A DNA stretch of 64,000 bases from Welwitschia mirabilis (taxonomy: Eukaryota), in NCBI GenBank assembly GCA_051453625.1, contig JBOZIK010000001.1, positions 11,034,974-11,098,973 of the forward strand. Reading direction: 5' to 3'. How positions within the stretch are numbered: the stretch's first letter is position 1; the number at the start of each line of letters is the position of its first letter. The translations under genes were made by a program, and so were the position numbers. The notes beneath the pieces are model-generated. The model worked only from the letters and a program-made list of their open reading frames with translations. It had not been told where the DNA came from and did no database searches. Below are positions 27,577 to 40,974 of the stretch, in pieces.

Positions 27577-30500
27577 AGAATACAAGAGAAGAAAAGGAGT
27601 AGATGATTCCTTAGCACAAGACTCTAAAAACTAGGAAAAAAATGGAATACATCATACCTATTATCTTTTATCTAAGGCACAAAGGTAAGAAAAATGCTTG
27701 GAATAAAGGAAAAGAAGGTAAGATGAGGAGATCAATAAGATTACAATAATAAAGTAGACAGTATTTGCTTTTGCTCTTAGTAAGTAAAAATAATGTACTC
27801 TCTTTAAATGGATGTCAAACTAGTAGTGCCTCATTAGGTGAACTATAAGAACATGAGGCATGTAATGCAAGAACATCCTTAAAAAATAAAAATAAATAGT
27901 GTATTCTAGTTAGGGGTCCATTTGTTATTTTAGTGTGCTTATGTGGGAAATAAAATCTTCCATGTGTAATTTCCATGAAGGCACCATGTGTACTTGCCAT
28001 GCAGGTGTTATGTGCAGTTAGCTTAGAGCAAACCTTGGTGAGTGGAATATGTTATGCTTGGAAAAAAACAAAGGTGTAAGGAATAAGGCATGTTTAGATA
28101 CTATTTTTAGTGAAAGGTATAAAAGGCTAATATTAAAAGAATTCTTTCATGATAATGATTCTCCTTAGAGCATTATAAATAAGAGGGTGTAAAGAGATAA
28201 AGGACATGCTAAAGTTGAGAAAAAAGAAGCAAGAGATCTTGGAGTTAAAGCTTGAGAGAAGCTCTTATTGGGGAACTTGAGGAGACAGTTCCTATTGTGA
28301 GATTGTGTCTCACTTGTATTCTCTCTTAAAGGTTATTAGGCATCAAAAGTGGTAGAGCCTAGGTGAGGCTTTTAAAATCCACTGTTGAAGAGAACTAGTG
28401 GAAGATATACTATTTTTTATTCCTATTTGTCAGATTGTGATTTTATATAATTAATAAGAATAAATTATTTTATTTACTCTAATAATAAATATTTTATTTC
28501 CTTCAATACTCTATTTATTACATATCTTCTTTAGTATTTTTTGTTTCTCATTAGAAACATAATCCCAAAAGTGTTCTTGGGGTCTTCATTATATTAGCTC
28601 TACATCGTTTAGTATCATAGCAAGTTTTAGGTTTTTTATGAGTTGGTTGTTGGATTTAATTTTAGGATGCTATGAAAAAGGATAACAGTTTCTCACCTAC
28701 AAAAGTGTTTTGCAAGGCGAGGAGTGATGAGAAGATATTATATTTTAATATAGAAGATGACAAAGATGGTGAGTATGGACTATGCATCCAAGCATTTGGC
28801 ACCAATTCCAAAGAAGAAGCAAGAAACACTCCATGTTAGAGGAACTACCAAAGTAGAGAGTAAGAGGAGCCTATTTACAAAAACCCTAGCAAATCTAGGA
28901 CAAAAGAATCTAGTAAGTATAATGATATTTGAAAGAAGCTTAAAAGTAGAAAATCTTCAAGATTGGATCTGAGGCATGTAACATTACTTCAAGATAAAAG
29001 ACATTAATAAAGAAGATAAGGCAAGGATTGCCTCAATTTGCTTGCAAGGAATTACCACCAGTTTGTGGAAGCATATCTGGAAGGGTCATCAAAATCAAAA
29101 CCTCATCAAAATCAAGACCTTTCAAATTCTTGAAACTATATGAAGAAGAATTTATAAGATAAGTTTATACTACTTTTACATATCACAGAGACAATAAGAA
29201 AGATTCTAATACTTTGGCAAGAAGAAAAGTCTATGATAGGGTACATAAATTTTAGCATACAAGAGATAACCAGATACATCACTAGGTTGAAATTTGTTAT
29301 TCTAGATAAAATTACCATTATCACTCCTAGAATAATGGAAGAAGCATATCAATTAGCACTATGAGTAGATTACAAGTTGCAATGAAGGAATAGTTCAAAT
29401 AGAGAAATATTTAAAGGAAAGAAACCACAAAGAAGGGGTCATCAATAAGAAGAAAAGATAAATTAGAGATGACGGAACAAAGGAAAAGAATAGGTCATAG
29501 GCAAAAGAAGTACTTATAAAGGAAACGTTAGAGGAGGTAATTTCTTTGCAATTTTCTAAAAATGTTATAAGCTAGGACATAAGTCTTATGAGTGTTTATT
29601 AAGCAAGGAAGCTATACAAAAGAATGTTATTTTTGAGGATGTTAGACAAGTGAATAATCCAAAAATAAAGAACCAGAAGAGGCTAGTGATGNNNNNNNNN
29701 NNNNNNNNNNNNNNNNNNNNNNNNNNNNNNNNNNNNNNNNNNNNNNNNNNNNNNNNNNNNNNNNNNNNNNNNNNNNNNNNNNNNNNNNNNNNNNNNNNNN
29801 NNNNNNNNNNNNNNNNNNNNNNNNNNNNNNNNNNNNNNNNNNNNNNNNNNNNNNNNNNNNNNNNNNNNNNNNNNNNNNNNNNNNNNNNNNNNNNNNNNNN
29901 NNNNNNNNNNNNNNNNNNNNNNNNNNNNNNNNNNNNNNNNNNNNNNNNNNNNNNNNNNNNNNNNNNNNNNNNNNNNNNNNNNNNNNNNNNNNNNNNNNNN
30001 NNNNNNNNNNNNNNNNNNNNNNNNNNNNNNNNNNNNNNNNNNNNNNNNNNNNNNNNNNNNNNNNNNNNNNNNNNNNNNNNNNNNNNNNNNNNNNNNNNNN
30101 NNNNNNNNNNNNNNNNNNNGAAAATATGTTTGTTATAAGAACTCTTATACAACATGTAAAAAATGTTAAACCGCCACAAAACAACTCTTTAGAACTACAT
30201 GTAAGTGTAAAGACAAGGTGTGCAAAGTCATAATTGATAATGGAAGCACTAATAACTTGGTTTCTATTAGGATAGTGGAAACATTAAATTTAAAGACTAT
30301 GTTATATCCATCATCATACTGACTCTCTTAGTTGCAAAAGGGAAGCCATGTTATAATAATAGAATAGTGCCTAGCCAAATTTAAAATTGGCAACTTTTAT
30401 ACTCAGGTTTATTGTGTTGTTATTCTTATGAATGTTTGTCATTTTTAAGTGCATACATAATAGGGAGACTAATAATTACATTATAATCGATACAAATGAA

Positions 30501-31172
30501 AAGAGATTTGAGTTGTTACCAAATTTAGAGAAGATTTCAAAGCATAAGATAGATGTATGCTTTGTGGAAAAAAAGAATGTGACAGACAAAATTTTAAAAA
30601 AAAAAAAAAAAGGCTATAGCATGATAGTAGTATTAAAGATGTCTTCAGAACAACAGTTGAAGGAGCATCTAATGAAGGTATAAGATGTTTTAAAATCATT
30701 TACAAATATTTATGTTGATAATTTTCCTTCTGGATTATCACTTATTAGGAGCATAAACCATCAGATAGATCTAGTCCTTGGTGCTTCACTTCCAAACCAA
30801 GCACCATATAGAATGGCATTATATAAAAGAAAGAAGATAAGTAGATAGGTTTAGGAGTTGCTAAACAAGGGGTTTATTAAGAAATATTTATCATCATGTT
30901 TTGTTCCAGTAGTATTGACTCCAAAGAAGGATAGCAAGAAGTTGTGCATGTGTATTGATTTAAGATCTATCAATAAGATGACCATCAAATATTGCTTTCT
31001 TAAGCCTTGTATAAATGATATTTTGAATTGTTTGATAAAAGCATCTATTTTCAGTAAGATAGATTTGAAAAGTGGGTTCTATCAGATTCATATCTAAGAA
31101 GAAGATGAGTGAAAGACTATCTTTAAAACCCTAGATAGGTTATACAAATGGCTGATAATGCCACTCAGATTG
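27577..31172 (+). mobile_element. CRM-like element 2 (partial 5' LTR, gag, protease, start of RT), truncated
   Basis: LTR end ...ctacatcg at 28607, decayed Met PBS tagtatcatagc at 28610. Gag with knuckle ~29560. Protease CKVIIDNGSTNNLVS (~30221). RT VPVVLTPKKD, MCIDLRSINKMT and FSKIDLKSGFYQI. Breaks off after WLIMPLRL. Confidence 0.85.
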
Positions 31173-32854
31173 AAAGGTGACTAGTAGCCAACTTTTTTTA
31201 TGACTTTTGCCAACTTCTTGATGACTTTCTACCAAAAAGTCTCATTAAAAAGTCCTCAAACTTTCAAATTATTTTTTATTTTTTATATTTATTATAGAAT
31301 GTAAATTTAATCAGTATGGTATTTAATACTTTATATGCCAAAAATTAAATTATAAATTTTACTAATTTATAGTAGGTTATCATGCTAATTAATTCATTGA
31401 TTTATATTGATTGTTAGAAACTATTTATGTGACATGATTTTCATGTGGATTGCAAACTTTATATTAAATAAAAAATTTGGTACCTTCTAAGAAAAAAATA
31501 AGCATTAGTTCTCCTAATTGGCATAAGCTTCTCATTTAATAAATGAGATCATGCTTAATTCCTAGATCTAATTCAAGTCTATATAGTATTTTATGAGAAA
31601 GAAGACATGAATCTAATTGAAGTTGCATTGTGACCAAAAAAAATTAAAAAAACAACTAGATCTACATGGTATATACAAATTGAAAATTTTTACTTTGATC
31701 TTATTTAAAAATCATCTTTTTTTGTTATTCTTATAGTTTTCATTAACAGAATAAAATAATATTATTTAACATACCTTGATAAGTAATGCTTATGACATAT
31801 TTTCTCCCTTGATTCTACCTTAGTAATTGTTGTTTTTGTGGTTTATGTGAATAGAGGTTGGGGGTATTTATAAGCTTTTCATAGGGGAAAAACCTTAGAC
31901 CTTTGAACTTTATGACTAATAAAACTTTGAAGACATTATATCTTTCTAAAACTATCATTTTTATATCTTTTATATTTTCACATTAAAGTTTGAAAAATTT
32001 GAAATTTATTAAAGGGAAGTTTAAGAAATGTTTCTTTATGCCTTTCTTTCTTACATAACCTTTTCTTTTCCTCTTTTTACCAATTTTTTTAAGGTTTTAT
32101 CATCTTTTTTAATGTTACACTACTTCGACCATTTCGATATGCTTTTCCATTATACTTTTCGATGATTCTTATATTACTGATGTAGATTACTTTGACCATG
32201 TCGATAAGGTAGAGGTAATCTTTACATAAAGAAACTCAAATTTCTCTTAGAGGTGCATTGAAAAGATTTATTGTCAAGATCAATTTGGAAAATAAAAAAC
32301 CATTTCTCTAATGAAAGGTCAAAAATCCTATTTGTACACAACTAGTGGTTTACTTTAATGTTTAACCTTCCTATCATACTATCATAGAAAGGGACATTTA
32401 GTTTTGAATTTCCCATATCTAAAAGATAAACAAGAATATAATGCCTTGAAACAAAGAGAATGAAATGAGAAGAACGCAAAATAGCTTTTAAAAAATTATG
32501 AACCTAGCATTTTCTATTAGCATTATCTTAAAGGATAATATATCTAAAAACATTGATGAAGGTGAAAATAAGTTTTATATGAAAGTATGAAACCCTCTCA
32601 TAAATAATCTTATTAATAACAAAGGGAAAGCTTAGTTGTTACTAATGAAGATGGTTTTTGAACAATCAGAGGACAGAAAACAAATGTGTCTAGAAACATC
32701 ATCAAAAAACAATGAAGTTCTTTTTCAAACAAAAATACTATTCATTTGATGATGTAAATTTCTAGTTTTGAAATGAAGGCTTTTATAAATATTTCATTTG
32801 AAAATCTTTCATTGTGCTTAAAAATATAATGAATGTAAAGAATGTTAATATTGT

Positions 32855-35069
32855 TGTAGGCGTATCAGATCCACCTATGATCAAGGATTCTAAANNNNNN
32901 NNNNCTTGGAATACTAGGGACCTCACTAAAAGGATTTAATAGAAAAAAATTTAGTTTAATAGTTAAGATAGCTTTTATAATTTGAGTTCATTCTTGAAGA
33001 AGTGTGTGCCATTAAGGTCACAATGACTAGCTTTAATTTCTTAATCTTGTTGTGATTCAAATTCATGATTGTTTGGTGTTTACTTTCAAATTCAAAATCT
33101 CGTATTAACCAAGTTTGACAGATACATCATGTGTCAAGTTTAAATTTAAAATTTAAGCTCTTATAGCTTATAATTCAAAGTCTTTTAAATTTGTAATTTC
33201 TCATGAAAACTGTTAATGGCTTATGTATCTTGTCAAAGCCTTTACAAAGTCCCTATTTTCATGTTTTAAAATGTCCTAATAGACGGCACATCTCCATTAG
33301 CAAAATGCATCTCTCTGAAGTTCGGGAATATAATCAAAGAAGGATCTTGCTCTTACATTTTATTTTATCATTTTTAAGCCTACATGATTCTTTCCACTAA
33401 TTTCTCAAAATCTACTCTTATTCCATTAGTCTCTACTCTGCGCACTGGAATCCATCACTATTTATTTGTGTAACTCATACAATGACTACAATTGCATGAT
33501 GTTTTCTAGACATTTATCCAAAGATCCCTTGCTTTTCTCTGCGTTTCAAACTACCTAGGCAAAGAAAGATCTAGAAGGCCCAAACGCATCCACACAGCTA
33601 TGCTTGACAGAGTTCGTCATGTATCATTTTGTCATGTTATGATAACATGCAAAATCTCCGTTAACGGGAGGCCTCTTCCGTTACTTAAAATATTGCAATT
33701 TTAGGGGTTCACAAGAAGGCAAAGTCAGAGAGATTGGTGGTTCAAAGGAGCAGCAAAGCCGGCAAACGCATTTCAGAGAGTCAGATATCCTTTGGATCCC
33801 TCTTCCATCAGCGTCTTAGTAGGAGGTTAAGACATTTTAAAGAACAGAAGCTCTACGCATTCATAAACAAAGTCAAGAATCAGATATAAGCAGAGGATGC
33901 ACAGAAAATAGTAGAGGATCACATGTTACATCAAAACAGATATAGAACCGATTTCTGGTAGAATGAAGGCTTTAAAGGGAATAGAATGAAATGCAAAGGG
34001 GAAAACGCTATAGGTTTCGTCTCTGTTTTAGAGACTGAAAATCCTTGCTGGCGTTGAAATGTATCTTTCATGGTTGCCTCTTTATCTTTGATGCTATAGG
34101 CATCTTCTTCTTTATCTCTGAGCATTTTATAAGTAGAATTTGTCATTTTCTTGATTTGAAATTCCTAATGGATCACGTATAATCTTCTGTGTAATTAGAC
34201 ATAAGCGCTTGATATATGAATAGCTGTGTCATTGTGAAATCAATAGTGTGATCTAAAACTCTCCCGTCTATACTCTGGTTGTGACATCTTTCGGTTCTTG
34301 TTCTGCAGCCACTTTACTCTCCAGCCGGAAGAAAGAGAGGATAAAGGGAGATACATCGTGCATTTCTCTTCTTGAAGGAGCTTGCCTGTTTTAATTGAGT
34401 AAATCAGTTTCACAGATTCATTTGGCCAAAAATTTCAGTCTGGCTGAGAATCCAGAAGTTTCAGATTGGAATTTCAGCCTTCATCTCTTTGAGTGCACTG
34501 TTTGAAGGAAGAACAATTTTCATAGCTTGAAGTACCTCGTCTCTTAAGATTTACTCCGCGTTGCTCGCACTCTTAGAACTCTATTGCTGTGGTATTCACA
34601 GACAAACGCCTTTTTACATATAATTCACTTTAAATTTCAAATCATTTATTGTCATCTCCGCTATTTCAATCCCATAAAGCATTTCCAGAAAAGGGCTTGT
34701 CTTATAACTCTTGCTTCAAATTCGCAGGCTTTAGGTTTTCCATTTTTTAATTACTCTACCAATTTTGTAATGTACTATTATACATTGTAAGTCATTTTCT
34801 TTTACATTTAGTTTTATTTTCTATTACTCAGAAAAAATTTTACAATTAGGGCTAAAATTGTGTTTAAATTTCTCTATTTATTTTCTATTCACGACCCAAG
34901 CTCTTTTCTTTGTTGTTATGAGTTTGCTATTTAATGGATTTAAGATCTGGTTTCCTTGCATTTATTACAGAAGTTAATTTGTCTATACATTTGTGAAAGG
35001 AAGAGAAGCAAGTCCTAATAAAAAGTAAAATCTTAATAACATTATCTCATCTCATTTCTGTAGCGTTCA
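32855..35069. other. Unclassified ~2.2-kb CpG-retaining insertion in the LINE
   Basis: LINE ORF2 is interrupted near its start. Many intact CG dinucleotides at 33280-34730. TG...CA ends are possible but there is no clean 5-bp TSD. Confidence 0.5.
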
Positions 35070-38000
35070 AAACCTAAAGAAGCCAATTTATTGTCTAAGT
35101 TCTTGTTCCATGCTAAAATCTTCAAGTTTTAATTTTGTACATTTTCTCCTTAATTAGTTTTGTAAAATCTTTAATCAAATGAAAGTTTTGGTTCAGAGAT
35201 AAAACTATTAGAAAGCTTTTCAAAGGGTAGACATCTAATCTTTAGAGCCATGTTTCCTAAAGATTGTAGAACTTAAACAACTGAGGCAATGTTTTAATAA
35301 ATTAAATCATTTAATCTATAGAGCACATTTTGATATTTTAGCCTTCGGTTTCAAATATATAATCAAATTCATTAGAAATCTATTTGTTTTATTTTAAACA
35401 AAACCACATTTCTTTAGAAATGGTGTTATGATCGAAGTGAAATTTTTAATTGCTTTTAGTAACAATAGTATGATTGAACATAAAGATGTTAAAATTCTTT
35501 CAAAGTAATTATTTGACTTACTCTCTGTTGTTACTTATATTTTAACGGTCATATTGGTTGTAACACAAATTAACTAAGTTTGCATTTTTAATATACTATA
35601 GTCAATGTTTGTATGGCAATGTTTGTTAAAATGTTTGCACAAGAACTATTTAAAAAAATGTTAAATTTTTAAATCCTCGGACATTTAAATACTCTGATTC
35701 TTTTATAAGAAGTTAAGGTTTCGTTTCAAGTTATGGGTGTTATTTTCACTCAATTTATGAGTAAGGGTAAGAAATAATGTTAGATTTGCTTATAAATACA
35801 TTAATGAAAATGGAAAGATTGAAGTATGATAGAGTTAAAAATAAAATCTTAGATATTAGCAGCTTCAAATTGATCCTTTTAGTTTAGTGACTAAGGAGGA
35901 ATTAGCAAAAATGTAATCTATTTAGCAAATATGAAATTAGTATTATGTAGAAGGTGATTTTATAAAAAGCATGATGCACTAGCTAAGAGTCTAAGATTCC
36001 AGCTACAAATAATTTTTAAAATTCCTTTAAAAAATAATTATTGTAATCAAATCAATAAGTTAATCTTAGAAACTATAGAAATTTCTAATCCTAATAAGAT
36101 TTTAGATGTTTTGATTAACCATTTTAAAATAGTCTTTAAATTACAAGAATTTAATGCTAACAAATTTTATAATATTCACAGTTTCATTCCTAGTGTTTTT
36201 AAGAATAAACATATTAGCTTTCTTGAAAGTGATATTACTTAACAAAACCCTAAAAATTTTTTTTCAATATATCTAGTGACTTATTTCCAAGCTTTGATGG
36301 CATACCTATAGAATTTTATAATGAGAAGTAAAATATTACTAGAAACAACTTCTTCTAAGTAATCAAATAAGCCATGTCTAGGTATTTTTTAGGACTTTAT
36401 ATAACTAAAGGAGTCATCATATTGCTTTCTAAATTTGGTAATAGAAATGTATCCATTGATTGGAGACCAAAAACATTATAAACATTTCTTATAAAATATG
36501 GATAAAATATGTTGCCAAAACACTATAAAAGATTATTTTAGACATTGTTAGTTAAGAAAAATAGGTTTTATTCCTGGTCCATACATTCTTAGCAACATGC
36601 TAACAACTTGAAAAGGACATCCATGAATGTGTAACAATAACATCTATTTCATCAAAATTGACTACAATAAAGTGTATGATCATATTACTTAGAAATTCAT
36701 TCTAAAGTACATAGAAAATATTAGATTTGATCCTAGGTTTTTAGACATGATAAAATATTTTTTTGCTGATTATAATGCTTGCATAGCAATTGATGTAAAA
36801 CTTTATGATAATTTTCCTGTAACAATGTTAATATGAGAGGGTTTCCCACCTGCCTTTTTTCTATCTATCATGGTAGTTAAGTTTTTAAGTTATTACATTA
36901 AGAAAGAATATGGTTTATTTAAATGCATTAAAACCATTTGTGGTTCTAAGTATATGATAAATATGCATTTTTCAAATGATTTATTTTTATTTAAAAAATG
37001 AAAATAGCTACATTGAGAAGATTCTTGAGATAATTGAGCAATATCATACACTTTTAGGATTCAAGATCAATTGGAAGAAGTCTTCTATATAAAATAGTAA
37101 AGGTGATACTTAGTTTCTAAAGAGCAAATCCTAGAAGACTATTAGATAAAACATCATCAAGATTATAGTTATATTAATCTCTTTTAATGGTATAACCTCT
37201 AAGCTTTGGAAGGAGACTCTTAATAAGTCCAAGTAGAAGATCAATAAATGGAAAATAAAAGAACTATGTTATGCAAGAAAAGTATTGATATGCAAGTCAG
37301 TATTTCTTCTTTTCAAAATCTACCTTCAATAATTACAAAAAGATGGAATCTCTACTACGGAGCATTATGTGATTAATTTTAAGCAATAAAAGAGGTTTTA
37401 ACAAATTTTCTTAGAAAATATGTTTCCTTCTAACTAAAAATAGTATTGATACTCATTAAGAGCTTCCATCAAGTACAATAGCCATGCTCTAAATGGATTC
37501 TATGTTCTTTCTCATAGCATAGCATTGTTTATGATCCCTTATTTACTAGATTAAAAAGGTGTAAATCTAAGAACAAGAAGATTTGGAAGGAACTCAACCC
37601 TCTAAATTGAATCATATAGTCTTAGTTAGTCATACCAAGATGTACTCTTTAATAGGATTTGGTTGGCATGAAGAGTGATTCATAATTCCAGTAATTGCAA
37701 CTCTTTAAAAACTTTTAGTTTATTGCTTTAAAGGATTTTTCCTTAGTTGATTCCAAATGGAAACATCCTAAAATGATTTTTAAATCTTAAATGAATAGCT
37801 CATTGGATGTAAATATTTTGGGTATCTTTATCATATGTAGCTTCCAATAGGAATTTTTACCATGGGACTTGTTTGAGTTATTTTATGATTATACACATAA
37901 TGTTAAGAGATTTCATAGTTAGATATTTACTTTTTTAGAGGACATGATAATAGTAATGATAATAATAGCTCAATCCAATAGAGTTTACAATGGAAAAAAG

Positions 38001-38391
38001 GTTTACAACTTTCTTCCTTTTAGACTAGAAAGGGTTTACAATTTGATGAAAGAAGATATAATGATTTCTTAAAATCTATAGAAAATGAGAAATAAATGAC
38101 ATTGAAAGTATCTAGATTAATTGATTTTATAAACTCTAAAAATGCTTACACTTTTAAAGGATGATCATTTTAATTGGTATATTCCTTATAAAAGATTATC
38201 CTTAGATAGTCATTTTTAGGACTTAGGGTTTTCCTTTAATATTTATCGCTTGTTTAAAGACAAGGAATTATCTAATCATACATTTATAACATATAGGTTT
38301 ACTATTAAATGTAACAGTCCAATTAATTTACCTTAATAAGAATAATTTTCTTTAGATTAATTAAAATTATTAGTGAAACATAGGATCAACT

Positions 38392-38422
<31 letters not shown>
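38392..38422. repeat. (AT)n microsatellite
   Basis: Direct reading. Confidence 0.9.
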
Positions 38423-38599
38423 GCATGAAAAACATAAACTAAAAATATTTCTTATAGAAAGATTAACTTGGCTTGCAAATAATAGCAATATCACTTATGT
38501 GTCCTATAGTTCTTTCTAGTGTTTTTCCACATAAAGATATCTTATATATAGTTAATGAGATGTTAAATTGTTTTAATACAAATGTAAATATATGTTTAG

Positions 38600-38960
38600 C
38601 ATAATTCTTAATCAATAGAATAGGAGGTTGCATCTTCTATTGATGAAATTCCAACTCAATTTTTGACCATTATCTAGATGTGAGTTGATTTTATTTTTGA
38701 TTTTAAACTATAAAAACATTGTTGGGCTCAACTCCATATGCTTAGACTTTATCTTGATATACAATTAGAAAGGCAATAGATAGGACATGAGTTGGATGCA
38801 TGCTTACAAATGGCCCTTGCTTTCTTGAAACATCTTTGAATGGTGTAACATGATCTTTCAACACCAAGGGCTTAGGATATCAAATTAGAGTAAATACATA
38901 CATGGGTGAGTAGGAGTGTGGTGATGACATTTACTTCCAAAAGGGTTTATTAAAAAAAAT
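38600..38960 (-). pseudogene. hAT (DUF659-type) transposase fragment
   Basis: Minus-strand SNLIS*ALG...TIQRCFKKARAICKHASN resembles hAT LNLILKDIG...IEKAKxIxKFIYN. Confidence 0.4.
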
Positions 38961-39675
38961 GCAATGTAACCCATCTTTATGATGAAATCTAAGTATGGGA
39001 ATGAACTTTATTAGAATTATCATAGTTTAGTTATCATTTGGTAAATACACCACACAAATGAATGCATACAATTTTAACTAATATGGATATTTAGTTGCTT
39101 ATTTATGTACAAAATATAAATCTAACTTCATTGGGTTTATTTAATTATGAACAATCACACATATAAGGAAAAAAAAATCATACATAATCTTCATTTGACA
39201 TATTATAAAACAATTGCTTTTGAAAATATAGTAATGGAATTCAAGACATTATGAATATCTTCCTTTTATTTTACATAATTTTAAATTCCAAATAAACCGT
39301 ATTTGCACTCTACAGCTTATTTTTAAAGGAAATGAAAATATTCTACACATGAAATTATACTTCTCTTTAAACTCCTTTCTACAAGTTTAACTAGTAATTT
39401 TCTAAGATAATGGTATCATTAATAAAGAGGGGGTAAAATTAAAAATCACAAGATGTAATGGTTACATAAAGTTAATGCATCTATAAAATCAACAAAGGTG
39501 ATAAAAATCAAAAGAACTAATTAAGTTGTCTAGATTGTCAAAGTCAAAACCCTCATAAACTTTTAAAAATATCTATTAAAATACTAGTAAATAAAGAAGA
39601 AAGGATTTTGTATACAAATTATAAATATTAATAATATTATAAAATTAAAACTACACCTTTCTTAAATAGCTAAAA

Positions 39676-39741
39676 TAGGAGATTCACTTACTATTCAAGA
39701 AAAATTATGCTAAACTAGGAGATTCACTTACTATTCAAGAA
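39676..39741. repeat. Direct duplication of 26 bp
   Basis: taggagattcacttactattcaagaa occurs twice. Confidence 0.9.
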
Positions 39742-40113
39742 TAAGTCCTTAATAAGGAAGGAATAAATTATGCTTTATCAAAGAAAACTTAACAGAAATG
39801 ATATAAAATAAAATTTATCTAGTTATTCTACATCTTAAAGTCTTAAATTATTAGAGTAATTTTATTTAATAAATTTTTTCTAATTAATTAGATAATTTCT
39901 AGCCTTCTAAAAACTTCATAATTAAAAATTGATAATTAATTATTTATAAGGGTAAAAATAAATTACTATAGTTTTTCCTAAACTAGACTCATTATATCTG
40001 AGCTACAAGAGTATTAACAACTTGTAATGAACTTCATAGATAGGTACACAATCCAAGACAACAATTTCTCAAACTCAAGCGCATGCATTTCCATTTTCTG
40101 TTAGTACTTAGAG

Positions 40114-40974
40114 ATGGAAGGAAACTGAATCTTTCTTTCTTCATTGCAGAGAAATCAAAGGAAAAATTTAGAGCTTGTATTCAAACTTGATTAAGGGAAC
40201 TAGACCAAGGTGAAACCTAGCTTCTTAGGATGAGGCATTGGGAGAGGTAGATTTAATCTTCTTAAAGTAGAGTTTTATAGCTTCTAGTGTAAACAGTAGC
40301 ACTTAAGTTAGGCACTGGAGTAAGTTCTAGTGAAAATTTTCTAGAAGCCTTTTGGATGCTTTGCAAGGGCAGAAGTGCTCTCAGGAAGAAAGAGTGTGGT
40401 ACTTTCAAGGCTACGGATAACTCAGGGAAGCTTGTTAGTGAAGAAATTATGAGAGATAGGTAGCTAAAATGGCCAAGAAATTTGGGAAGGGGAATCCAAA
40501 AGTAATTGTTATTAGTAAAGATGAGAAAGACGAGGATGGCCTTAGAGTTGGAAGAAGGGCATGTTAGGGAATAAAGTCCTTATGGGGAGAAAGATTCAGA
40601 GGCCACAGTCTAAAAAAAGAGCTAGGCTAAAGTTCAATGAACAAGATTATTAATCAAATTTTTCTAGAAGTTTAGATGAGAAAAGTCTAAGCAAGAATGG
40701 AGGGAGCAGATGGCTGGATTCAGATTTAAAGCCAGATTTTGATAACACGACCACGGAAAAGGATTATAAGAACCATTATGAGGTCCTAGAAATCAGATCT
40801 GGGATTAAGCAAGAGGATATTATTAGGGCCCATAGGAAATTAGTGTTGTGATAACACCCTTATAAAAATAAGAGTAATCCTCAAGAGGCATGGAAGATGA
40901 CTAAAGACGTAAACGGCACTAAGGATGTCCTGACAAATAAGAAGATCAAAGCAATTTTCCATTTTTGTCACTAA
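40114..40974 (+). pseudogene. Decayed ORF with C-terminal DnaJ J-domain (element J1)
   Basis: 40759-40974 translates KDYKNHYEVLEIRSGIKQEDIIRAHRKLVL**HPYKNKSNPQEAWKMTKDVNGTKDVLTNKKIKAIF. ATG at 40114, charged linker with KKRARLK upstream, T-rich 3' region and A-tail 41509-41529 downstream. Confidence 0.8.

Larger units (their letters stand above)
31900..38600 (+). mobile_element. Degenerate L1-clade LINE (ORF1 and ORF2), interrupted at ~32855-35069
   Basis: ORF1 RFIVKINLEN (~32265) and knuckle relic YHRKGHLVLNFP (~32380). Endonuclease-like SKGRHLIF (~35220). RT KIDYNKVYDHIT*KFI (~36655), a RQGCPL-like segment (~36835), HFSNDLFLF (~36966) and GFKINWKKS (~37056). Cys/His-domain relic ~38150-38290. 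Confidence 0.8.

Noticed and set aside
29586-30184. Long ORFs in the ORF track
   Set aside because: Open only because they run through an N gap.
33931-34146. 71-aa ORF in the CpG-retaining insert as a host gene
   Set aside because: No recognisable domain or exon chain, and the length is compatible with chance.
33280-34730. miRNA, snoRNA or tRNA locus
   Set aside because: No conserved mature miRNA, box motifs or cloverleaf recognised by eye.
40114-40974. Functional host DnaJ gene
   Set aside because: Multiple in-frame stops, HPD changed to HPY, and no visible introns; treated as a relic.
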